Positions 13,421 through 26,100 of a stretch of DNA of 64,000 nt are shown here, one piece after another. A program made the position numbers and the translations under genes. The notes under the pieces are model-generated. The model ran no database searches. It saw nothing but the letters and a program-made list of their open reading frames with translations, and had not been told where the DNA came from. Numbering within the stretch: the first letter of the stretch is position 1; the number at the start of each line of letters is the position of its first letter. Source of the stretch: Tubulanus polymorphus (taxonomy: Eukaryota > Animalia > Nemertea); contig NC_134030.1 of NCBI RefSeq assembly GCF_964204645.1, forward strand, positions 22,776,210 to 22,840,209, written 5' to 3'.

Positions 13421-14132
13421 ATTAAAACTTAGGTAATATCTAAAATGCACTAAATAATGTGGAAAAGATGATAGAAGAAAAAAATTGTTTCAAACTGGTC
13501 GAGCAAATTAAATATGCAACTACATTTACCGAAAGAACACACAAAAATGCTAAAATAAAAGATTTCGCGGATGCCATGGCAATATATCTCAACAAATGCA
13601 GATTTTTTCCGAGATATCCTCATACCGTGTAAAGTTTACTTTTATTTCCGACAGTAAGATAGGCCAATTTCCGACACACATATATATGTGAATTCCAAAA
13701 TCAAGCCCCAAGGACCATATGGTTACTTTTTGGGAATTTGGTTATAAAACGGTTGCCATGGCAAAAACGGTAACAATGAAAATTGGCCACCGGTCATTTT
13801 CGTGATGCGGGCTGCCAAGCTGTAACATGCTATGCATAATAAACCAAATTTCCGAACATAAGCTCTGTTAGATAACTATTAGATAAAATAACAACTTAAG
13901 TGTAAAAGTGAAATTAAAAGTATGTTAGTATTTTTGTCTTATTATCTTGTTTATTTGGGTTATTATCATTAAAATTGATATATAGTTTTTTTATCTGTCG
14001 CAAATTAAAGTAGATTAAGTTGTTTCTATATGAACACATATACATGAGACGTGTAAGAAGAGCGCGCAGTTTACTCTACATTACATTAGATTCCAATTGT
14101 TTATTTCAAGGTGACACGTTAACGCATTGAAG

Positions 14133-17100
14133 ATGAAGAACTTAATCTGGTTGTTAATTCTACTGCTGACAATCTCGTTCCATTCAGAAGCTGTATCGGT
14201 ACTAAATAAGAGAAATACTGGTGAGTTAAAATGATGAACTACTTTTAAACTGCAGCGTCCGGTCCGTATATTGTGTATTTGATATTTCAGCACCTGATGG
14301 AGTTGTACTGGACAGTGTGAATGTATTACCGGGTACAAGAATATTACGTATATTGTGTATTTGATATTTCAGCACCTGATGGAGTTGTACTGGACAGTGT
14401 GAATGTATTACCGGGTACAAGAATATTACGTATATTGTGTATTTGATATTTCAGCACCTGATGGAGTTGTACTGGACAGCGTCAATGTATTACCGGGTAC
14501 AAGAATATTACGTATATTGTGTATTTGATATTTCAGCACCTGATGGAGTTGTACTGGACAGTGTCAATGTATTACCGGGTACAAGAATATTACATATATT
14601 GTGTATTTGATATTTCAGCACCTGATGGAGTTGTACTGGGCAGTGTGAATGTATTACCGGGTACAAGAATATTACGTATATTGTGTATTTGATATTTCAG
14701 CACCTGATGGAGTTGTACTGAACAGTGTGAATGTATTACCGGGTACAAGAATATTACGTATATTGTGTATTTGATATTTCAGCACCTGATGGAGTTGTAC
14801 TGAACAGTGTGAATGTATTACCGGGTACAAGCATGTTACTTTCGCAGGAAGGCAAAAATGTCAGTATTACCTGTAAACAGAGCAGCTCTACAGCGACTGG
14901 TGTACACTTTGAGCTACAGGTGAACAGTGGAGCAGGAGGGACCTGGACTGCATTACATACAGCATCATCAGCAGAGTGGGTTGGTGAACTAGAGGCTGGT
15001 AAACAGTATAAATGTGTAGCCACTAATTCAGCGGGAACGAAAGAAAGTGAAATCTACCAATCAGATGTGATTAGTGAGTATGGGCCTATGTTTTTGACAT
15101 TAAACACGCCTGTGCGATCATTGCATACACTTCTGATTAACATCGATGTTTTCAGTGTCGTCCGTCGTTGGTTTTTTTAAATGCAGGAGAGTTCCGTTCA
15201 ATTTTAAGAACACTCTGGACTTAATGGGTTTTTGCGATCTGTTTAATATCATGCAATTGGCGGCCATCTACTGTCATCAGTTGACAGCCTTCATACGGAA
15301 AAAGTCATCAGTTGGAAAAAGGTTTTTTTAGGAAAATAACAACAGGTTTTAACTTATTGTCTTGATATTATTATCAGCGCCATCATAGGATACATCTCAA
15401 GAGGGGTTGAATATTGAATCATACACAATTTGTTAATTTATATTGGTACCTATGGATAATTTGTAACCACAATCGGTTACATAATTTTAGCTCATATATA
15501 TTTGAAGTAAGTTTCAATATCATTGGTTTTTGTATATGGTCACCGGGGTTGGGGGTGGCGTTGGAATAATTCAGTATTTCCATAGTATGTTGGTGCCTAG
15601 GCATATTTTGTAACCACAATCAAAGCAAAAATCAAAGTAAAACGTGTCTTTTGTGGACACTATATTTTTGATACTTTAACTCCGTCAGCTTAATCTCGTC
15701 ATAAGTGCCTTATTCTCTGGGACCCTGATATTCAAAACCAGCGTGAAAACTATAATCAAACTCTTAATCGAACTAAGAAACTCATTTTCACTCAGATAAA
15801 ATAAGATGACTTTTCATGTGCTAAACAGTTGAAGAAACGCAACTCTTGTAATCTTCATTTTTTACTCAATTATCTTTTGATTCCTTCAGTCATTTTGAAG
15901 AGCAAACAGAATTTATATCGTAATGTAAATCTTTTATAGGTATAAACATATTTGAAAACCCGTGTAAACTGCATGAATTCCAACCATCACTAGCTTGTAC
16001 TTGTAAAGCCACTAGTAAGATTGGTAATCCAAACATCAAAGTAAAATGGTATGCTGATGGATTTACTGAAGGATCAACAGAAATTGTAAATATGTATGAG
16101 CAAGGCAAAGATACTGCGTTGGAAGATGGAATTATCAACAGGAATAAGATAGATTATAGGTACAAGGAACATGTGAAATTGATTCAATGTCGTTTATGGA
16201 AGTATAATGGGATAGAGATACCGGAACCACTTCAAAAACAAATACTACATCAAACTAAAATGGACGTTACGTGTAAGTTAAAAAATCATTTCATGAAAAT
16301 ATCCAGACAAACTTACGTTTTAAAAATGAGCGCAAAATATCGGAACAATGGGGACCTCGAGGGACCGCCACAAAATGGCACCTAGAAACTTGAAACTTCT
16401 TTATTCATACCCCAGTACAGCTAGCAGACCTATCCATCATAAGCGCGCCACAATATTGTTACTGCGAGGGAGGAACATGGCAGAGTCTCACGATTTCGTC
16501 AGGTTCGACTCCCTGCCGGTGATGATGATGATCCACTCACGAAAGAATCAGAACTCTGTTAGAGAGTGTGTTCGTAAGAACATTGCTTTTGTATTTTTTA
16601 GAATTTGACACTCATTCACCTGATGAAGCTTCTATTCATTAGTAGTGAAAGCTTGCGCGTCAAATAAATAGTTAACCTATCTAGTACTACTCGTCTCGCT
16701 ACTGATCACAAGAAAGGCAGTGAAAACGAATGTTTTGTTTTTTTTCAATCAGATTTTGCTGCACCAGTTTTCAAGAAATCCAGTGAAAATGAAACACACG
16801 CGGCGTATAATGTAACAGTTAATAGTAACCCATTGACTCAACAAGTTACATGTGACCCTCCAGCTGTCGTTCAAAAACTATCAAACTCTCAGTGGAATAT
16901 AACGATACCTATCGTAAATAGTACCACAACTGACTATAGAGGGCAGTGTTTGGCTGACGGTAAAAGTGAAAGGGTCATTGATGTCGCTGGTTATCATAAC
17001 GCCGGTAAAACTGATGAAGCAGGTAAGATTCTGGGGCAGAACTGGATGAATTTTATCTGAATCTGAACAAATGATTTAAGTCCCGGTTGCCACGTGATAA

Positions 17101-20100
17101 AACTTCATTAATTCTAAGCAATCAAACAACATTTAGGGAGGGCTCTAATAGTTCGTACAATTTTAGGGGGATGAGGGATCGTGGAAGTGCTAGGGGTTGG
17201 GGGTGGGGTTAAAAATGGCAAACCTGATCAGACGTACTCCTTTATAGTAAGTGTAAGTCATTATTTCGATAAGTCGTCACATCACTGAAGTCTTCGATAT
17301 TCTTGTGTCCCAATATTATTTGTATCTCTAATTCTATATGCTGTATTTCCAATTTGGATAAGTCAACATAATTGCACATTATTGCACATAATGCACATAA
17401 CTGCACATAATGCGGTGGAGTCTGATGATGTAATCAGATTTGATTCTCTGCACGGTAAGAACAGCATGACAATCCTTTAAAAGTGTCATTTCTCAGTATC
17501 AACTGAACTCGACATATTTCATTATTTGTGAATATATCACGTCATTCAAATTTTACACTTTGAAACCGTTTGTTTTTGGTTTTTTGCATTTCAAAAATAA
17601 CTTATTTACTTTATTTAGAGGCTATTTGAGCTTTGAAAATTAGGAAACAGATATATCTTGCTTGACCTATTTAATTATTCAATTTCATTGCTGTTACTTT
17701 TATCAATAGTAAAAACAGAAATATTTCTAGCTTTTTCTTTATACAATTTAATGCAAATTGCTGATTTGTTTGAAATCCAATTCAAGAAGGAATGAATGGA
17801 GGCTTTTATCAATAGTAAAAATAGAAATGTTTCTAGCTTTATTTGATACAAATTGCTGATTGGTTTGAATTTCAGTTTCAGATGAAGTGAATGGAGGCAG
17901 AGTGGCTGGTGCTGTAATCGGTATACTGATATTACTGATTCTGATAATACTGTTTATACTGTGGCGTCGTGACTGCTGTAAGTTTTACATAATATCATCG
18001 ATAAATCTTAAAAACAATAACAAACAAACTGCAGAAAACTATTATTTCTAATTGACAGTGCGGTGCAGAAAACCTTATGATGAACTAAATAGATGTGGAA
18101 ATTGTAAGTTCTGTAGTAATTCATATACATAATGCTTAAAATTGAAAAATAGTTTACAAGACTTGAGGGATTCGGGGTCTTTTAGGTTGCCGGATACATT
18201 TCATTCTCAATTATCTGTGAAAATCTTTAATCTCGGGACCCTAAATGCACAGTCTTATTCCAAATATGTGGTCGTAAAGTATTAGACTGGTCTTTAGTCG
18301 TTAGATTGGTTATAGAACTAAAATATGTACAGACTGGCCTTAAGTCGTTAGATTGGTTATAGAACTAAAATATGTACAGACTGGCCTTAAGTCGTTAGAT
18401 TGGTTATAGAACCAAAATATGTACAGACTGGTCTTAAATTGTTAGATTGGTTATAGAACCAAAATGAGCTTAGACTGATCTTAAGTTGTTAGATTGGTTA
18501 TAGAACTAAAATATGTACAGACTGGCCTTAAGTCGTTAGATTGGTTATAGAACTAAAATATGTACAGACTGGTCTTAAATTGTTAGATTGGTTATAGAAC
18601 CAAAATGAGCTTAGACTGATCTTAAGTTGTTAGATTGGTTATAGAACTAAAATATGTACAGACTGGCCTTAAGTCGTTAGATTGGTTATAGAACTAAAAT
18701 ATGTACAGACTGGTCTTAAATTGTTAGATTGGTTATAGAACCAAAATGAGCTTAGACTGGTCTTAAGTTGTTAGATTGGTTATAGAACTAAAATATGTAC
18801 AGACTGGCCTTAAGTCGTTAGATTGGTTATAGAACTAAAATATGTACAGACTGGTCTTAAATTGTTAGATTGGTTATAGAACCAAAATGAGCTTAGACTG
18901 ATCTTAAGTTGTTAGATTGGTTATAGAATCAAAATGAGCTTAGACTGGTCTTAAGTTGTTAGATTGGTTATAGAACCGAAATGAGTTCAGACTGGTCTTA
19001 AGTCGTTAGATTGGTTATAGAACTAAAATATGTACAGACTGGTCTTAAATTGTTAGATTGGTTATAGAACCAAAATGAGCTTAGACTGATCTTAAGTTGT
19101 TAGATTGGTTATAGAATCAAAATGAGCTTAGACTGGTCTTAAGTTGTTAGATTGGTTATAGAACCGAAATGAGTTTAGACTGGTCTTAAGTCGTTAGATT
19201 GGTTATAGAACTAAAATATGTACGGACTGGTCTTAAATTGTTAGATTGGTTATAGAACCAAAATGAGCTTAGACTGATCTTAAGTTGTTAGATTGGTTAT
19301 AGAATCAAAATGAGCTTAGACTGGTCTTAAGTTGTTAGATTGGTTATAGAACCAAAATGAGCTTTGACTGATCTTAAGTTGTTAGATTGGTTATAGAACC
19401 AAAATGAGCTTAGACTGGTCTTAAGTTATAGTTAGATTGGTTATAGAACCAAAATGAGCTTAGACTGGTCTTAAGTTATAGTTAGATTGGTTATAGAACC
19501 CAAATGAGCTTAGACTGGTCTTAATTCTGTTAGATTGGCCACAGAACTAAAACTGGTCTTGAATCTAAGCCATGACTGCTCCATTACAAAACATTTAGTT
19601 CATTGTCAATTAAGATGATGTTTTTTTCAATCGTAGATTATCCGCTGTCAAAACCGGTCTCGACAGTGGCCGATAATTGAGAGTTCATGAGGTCTGAAAT
19701 TAGCCTCACCTCTAGATATGCTTATAGTTCCTATTTGCAGTGCTGTTGAGAAGTGAGCCGTGCAGATGTAATTGCTGTGAGTTAAAATATTTTGTTTGTT
19801 TGTTTTCAGTGACTTGTTTCCGCAAAGATACTGCCGATGAACCTGATAATGAGGATGACTCCTCAGATGAACTGTGTCATTGTTGCTGCTGTGAGTTCTA
19901 AAAAAACCTTCTTTGAAACTGATGAAGATTAATATTAACATTAACGGTAGAATGGACTGTTGTATTATTTTCTATTTGCAGTGCTGTTGAGAAGTGAGCC
20001 GATTAGATGTAATCGCTGTAAGTTGTATTAACATTGAAAACATTGATGATTAATCCTGCAAAATTAACTGTTGTTATTGTAGTTGGATATTCGTGCATTT

Positions 20101-23100
20101 GAATTCAAAGTCTAAGAGTGTTTGAAAGTCTTTGGTCACAGTTTGTATTGATGTGAATATTCTTCAGACCGAGTTCATCGTAGATGATTAAAATCAGTCG
20201 TGTTCAAAGTTTTACAGTATCATCGGTTCAATTGTGGCCTCAAAATGAATCATAGCATTAGCTACGTTTATAGATAGCATTAATATTATCCTTTTTCTCT
20301 GGTGGATCAATTGGTTAGGTTTTGTTGTGTGTCAGGTGAACGTGCATCGTGTAAATAAACAGTATTTCTGTTTTCTAATTTACAGTCCATCGTGAGGATC
20401 CGGAATCTAAAGATGTGAATGAATTGTTGCGTTGGACAAGTGAAACCTGGTATGAAAAAGGTAAGATTCTCTCACATGATTTACTGCACATATTCTCAGA
20501 TATCGGTTTGATAATTTTAGGTGTTGTTTTCTCTTTGTAGATCATGAGAATTGGGTGAATACACGTGACCAACTGCAGCCAGGTATTTATAGAATTATTA
20601 ACCCTTTATTTCTATAACATGTAGAATATCTTACATGAATACAGTTCATAGATTTAGGGATTATTCACTTATCATCTGGTCTCGGTTTTACAGACTAGTA
20701 TTATCTTTAACCCGGGGTTAACTCTATTCATTATCAATTAGGTTAACCCCCGGGTTAAAGTTAATACCAGTCTATAACACTGAATTATATCCAACAGATA
20801 TTGTTTCATTATCACAACTGTAATTATCAACTTAAGTTTGTGCTTTGCTAACCACTTCGGTAGTTCAAAGAATGTCATGATTGGAATCAAGATGGCTGAC
20901 TGGTGCATTTTTGCACATTTTTGAAGGCGCTTCAGTCAATTGAGATTAGGTTTAATCTGCAGCCAAATATTGAGCACAATCATCCTTTTTGCGAAATATT
21001 GAAGATTTCTTGAGAACTCTTTGTTCAATTGAGTTGATATTTAGTTTCTACCCTAGACCCACATCTGCATTCCAAAACATATTGCTGGCAGCCATTGTTT
21101 AACACAGAAGTCAGCACTTCACGCATATTTGGGTTAATTGTCTTGACGTTTGAAATATATTATAAAATATTATACCCTGAACACAACACCCTGCCACATA
21201 AACATTTGGCTGACTGGTTTTCGTTTTCAAAAATCAGAACTGTTTTTTGGGGTTTTCTAGAGGGATTTATAAAGACACTTTGATAGATTTTTTATTGATG
21301 TTTGTTTTATACATGTATTTACCCTAAATGTATCTGCAGTTATAAAAATGTAATAGTTACAGCCGAGACTATTGTTGTTTGGCAGGGGTGGATTCCGGGT
21401 GGTCCGAGGTTCGAACCCCCTTTCTGACCAAGTGCCCTAAATAAAGGCTTCTCATCCCCTGTACTGGTCATTATCTAATGTGCACTAAATATGCATAAAA
21501 TTGATGTACCTGTATTATCAATTATTTTTGCACTTCGTGCGTGCGACGCTTGCTGGGCCACTCAACGCCGACAAAGTGCCTTTTTCGTGTAAGGTGAAAC
21601 CCCCTTTTTGTGACCAAGTACCTGAAATAAAGGCTTAAGCCCGGTACCGATCTTTGAGGTCATTGAAAGGTCATTCAGTCCAGGTAAATTAGATATTTAT
21701 TGTAATTTCATTTCAATCAAACACAATATAAACTCAGATAATTCCTTTATAAATCAACTACTTGTTTGAAACGTTGATGATTGTATTTCAAAAGTGAATT
21801 ATTCTAAAATTTCCTTTTCTAGAAATTGTTAGAATAATCGGCGATGTTTACGGAACTGAGAATGATTGGGTGATAACAAGAGATACGGATAAACAAGGTA
21901 AGATGAGTGATGACTCAGTTGCCGGAGGAATAGCAGAACTGTCTGATTGGTTTATTGCAACCCTGCATACCATCCTGTCTTTAAACATGACAAATCTGCC
22001 TCCTATCTTCATCCAGCAGTAATTCAAGCTGTTTGATGCACAGTTTTATTTGACTATTGAACAAATACTTTCAATATTTCATTTCAGCAATAGCTATCAG
22101 AGAATTCCTGTTCCACCAGTTATCAGGTGATCAAAGTAAGTAATTGATTACTGTTGTTGTAAGTAATTGTCTATAGTTTGTGTTATGTTCATATACACAT
22201 GCACGTGTGTGTTTGTAATGTGAACATGTACATGCGAGTTATGGTTACATGTACATGTGAGTTGTGTGAACATGTACATGTGAGTTATGTTTTCATGTTA
22301 TGATAACGTGTACATGTGCATGTGAGTAATACATGCATGTACACGTGAATGATACATACATGTGAGGCATGCGAACATTTGCATGTGATTTAAGTATACA
22401 TGTTCATGTAAGTTTACATGCACATGTGATTCGTTACATGCACATGTGTATTAAGTTAACAAGAGTTTGATCAATGTATTTTCAGGTGTGTTAGATTTGG
22501 TCAAAGAAATCCTAAGTAAGTTTACGAAACGACTCAATATTTCCTCTTCAACTCGAATCTTGGATTCAAATGTGTTTATAATTATTTATTGACAGGAAAA
22601 TACTTTAGAATAAAGAATTTAAAAATGAAACTATCAAATGAGATCGGTAAGAGTTGATTGAATACAGTTATTGATGTATGAGTTTATTGATTATTATTCT
22701 ACTGTCAACTCATTTTGTAAATGTATTAAAGATAAACTACTGAACAAGAAGAGGTCAATAGATGGCGCTGCTGCAGTTTACAATAGAGATGAAGGTACCG
22801 CACTATTATTCACGGTTGACCTGAAATATTCAGCTTTGCAGATAGAAAAGTAGCGAATTCTATTCAAGATGGCCGCTTGGCAGCCTTTTGACAATAATGA
22901 ATAAACCTGATACAAGCGACCAGTTTAAAATTTATAATAATTCACTGTGTTATTTCGTGAAATGGAATGTTACTACGGTATCGTTTTTTTTTGCCTAAAT
23001 TCGTAACGTTTTTACCAAATCGGATAAATCAAAGTTTAAGATGGGAATTTCATTTTTAAACATATAAGACTAGAGCTTCAGAAATACTCAAGTTAAAACA

Positions 23101-26100
23101 AAATAATCAGATATACATTTGTTATTTAAGAATAAGATGTGATACAAATTAGGGGTAATGATACAGCATGAAACAGAATTTCAAATCTATTTTTTCCGTG
23201 TTTCAGATGAAGTTCATGTTAGTTTTATGACGCAATTGGATGAAGAGAAAAGACCCCTGACAAACAAAGAGAAACAGTTCATCAGAGATGGTCAGTAAAA
23301 CTATGGAATCTATCTGAGTTCAATTTTCACATGTAGTTTCACAGAGTTGCCAGAGAGTCTAAAAAAGTGTTTAAAGAAATTAGTGACGAAAGTTGCTAAC
23401 TTTGTGTCTACCACATTTTTCAAGTTTTATACAGATGTCTGTTAGTAATGATAAGTCATGTAGTTAACAGGGTTCAGTGATTCACTGCGTCACCAATATT
23501 TAGGATTTATCTATATTTATAGATTTGCAAAATAAAACGAGCGCCAAAAGAGCAACTGCTCTGCGTGAACCACATTCAGCTTATACCTTTTTGTAGGTTT
23601 CAAATCCCCAGTAAACGGTTATTGAATGTCTATATTTTCAGTTGCTTCAGCAGTTGAATCTGTTGTTGATTTCTTTGCTAAAATGTCCGGTAGGTTCCAT
23701 AAATCATTTCAGTAAAAATACTGTGGAGTTTGTTGTGGAATCATTGAATGATTGATTGTGTTTATTTTTACTGTAGATGCTGAATTATGTGAACGAGGAA
23801 TATTCAACATTAAACGTAGGTTTTAATTCTCATTTATCCTCGACTGAGTTTATAAATACATGTGCTTTATAATCTACTGTACATGTACATGTAGATTTTA
23901 TCTGTACATGTACATGTTAGTTTCCTGAAGTGTTTGACTGAAGTATTTAAATACTTATTCTTTATATTTCAGCTACTGTTGAAATTGCTGGTAAGTTATG
24001 ATATTCACTATGATGTTTAAACTGGTGCTGAGTCTGTTCATTTATAACTGAAATATCGCTGTATCTTTTTATAGAAAAGTTTGTGAAAGAAACACTTGAT
24101 AAAGAAGTTAAACAACAGAATGGTGAGTGTTTAGTTAATCTAGGAATCTATGAGGGGGGAGGGCTTATAACTATAAACTGATTACAAATTAAACATATTT
24201 TGTTCAATTACAGAAAACCTCGTCACACAAATAGAAAACCAGAAAGTAACTGATGAAACAAAGACAGGTTTGTTAATGATCATAAATAATCCATTCAGAT
24301 GTTGTCAATATTAAACTATCTACCGGTACTGAAAACATGTAGTTAGAAATTAACCCCGCAATGATAATTTATAGAAACTATCTTTATGATTGGTTTTACA
24401 GAAATGGAAGTGGCTGACCGGGACCGTTCTGTGAACAAAGATATTTGTGGTAAGACTGAAAATGTTATTCTTTCCTTATTTTTCAAGCTAATTACAAATC
24501 GTTTCATTAATGAGAAATCGGAGGTATAATAAAACCAGCTAGACCCGGTAATGTGGAACAATTGGCAACGTTGTCAAAATTCATCCGCTTTGTGGGAAAT
24601 TCAAGGTTTTATAAAACCCGGTTAATCCAGATGTATTTTGGATGAAATTCTAGTTTGAACTGATCCGGTTAATATTCATGTTATTCTATTCATGTATTCA
24701 TTTGTAGAATCAGTTTTATTTGAGTCAAGTTTGCAGAAATTAGAAGAGAACAAACATTCTACAGAACTAGATAAAAGTAAGTGTAAACTTTCTTTGTCCC
24801 TAGAACTAAATTTACACTGTTTTTGATGACCATGAATTGAAAAAGAAATTTATTGATGTCATCAGATTATCAGAGGCATCTGTTTTGATTCAGAGTCAAG
24901 TTTTAGCTGACAGTTTGTATCGATGTGAACTTTCTTCAGACCGACTTCATCGTTGATGATTAAAATCAGTTGCATTTGAACTAGAAAGTTGCCCAGTTAG
25001 TATCATGGCAACAAAATCAATCATAGCTTGAATTAGATTAGATTATTCTTTATCGCTCCAAATTGTTGAATTGACCATGGACCAGGATTTCTGTCAAAAT
25101 GTTCCATATTGGGAAATTGTTTGATTTGATCTGCTGTTTAATTGTTTTTTTTTGCAGGTATCTATGAAATAAGCCGAGATGTTTTAGGTAAGAACTAAAT
25201 AATAGTAACAAACTATAAAAATCGAGGTCTAGGGTCGAAAGCAGACGCTTTAAAAGAAATTTCTGGCGGACAAACTCTATCAAAACTATTATCAATAGAA
25301 CTCTGACTGAAATCTTTGAGCCATTTCGTTTATGTCTCGTGATTTCCTGATGAGCTAGAAACTTGTTTGACTGACTTAAATATCTCAAATATTTCGAAAG
25401 AGGTTTAAAATAGAAGTGTTGATTTCAGCCAAAATTGTGAAAAATGTTTTTTTTTTCTTCAGAAATCAAATTGAAAATCGCAGTTTTCGAATCTATCAAA
25501 GATAAGAGGCCAATGTCAATATTGCATCAGCAGGGTTTGTTCCATCATTTTCCAAGATTCAGCCTGAGCTCAATTTTTTTGTGGATCTCAATTTCTCATT
25601 GTTTTCACGGTGAATCACTTGTAGAATTGTACGCTGAACGAGCTGAAAGATTTCAGAAAGAACTCAAAGAGAAACTGAAACAAGAGGAAAATGAGGAGAG
25701 AAAAAATGAGGAGGAATTGAACAGAATAATTCACAGTTCAGTTTGTCAGGCGTTTAAATATATCACTGATATGGATGAAAGTAAATATCGATTTTATATC
25801 TCAAATTATACATGCACTTAACATGTCACATATTATATGTGAATCAATGCACATGTTACATGTTCATGGAAATGAATGCACATGTAACATGGTTCAAACA
25901 TCTTTGATACATTTCAGAAACTCTGATGGATAATAAAGTTGTAGGATATGGAGGTTTGTATATAATTCACATGTTTCAATCACAAACCAGTTTTTATCAT
26001 AAATAATCTGTTTGATTTTCTCTATTTATATTTCAGTGAGTCCAGAAGAGATAAGTGAGTTCTGATTGATATTTGTAAATATTCTCAGTACAGTAGACTG

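Noticed and set aside
22190-22450. acatgt/catg-rich tract (also 49795-50135) and atgagtacc tracts (~450-540, ~29460-29610)
   Set aside because: Low-complexity intronic repeats with no further structure I can support.
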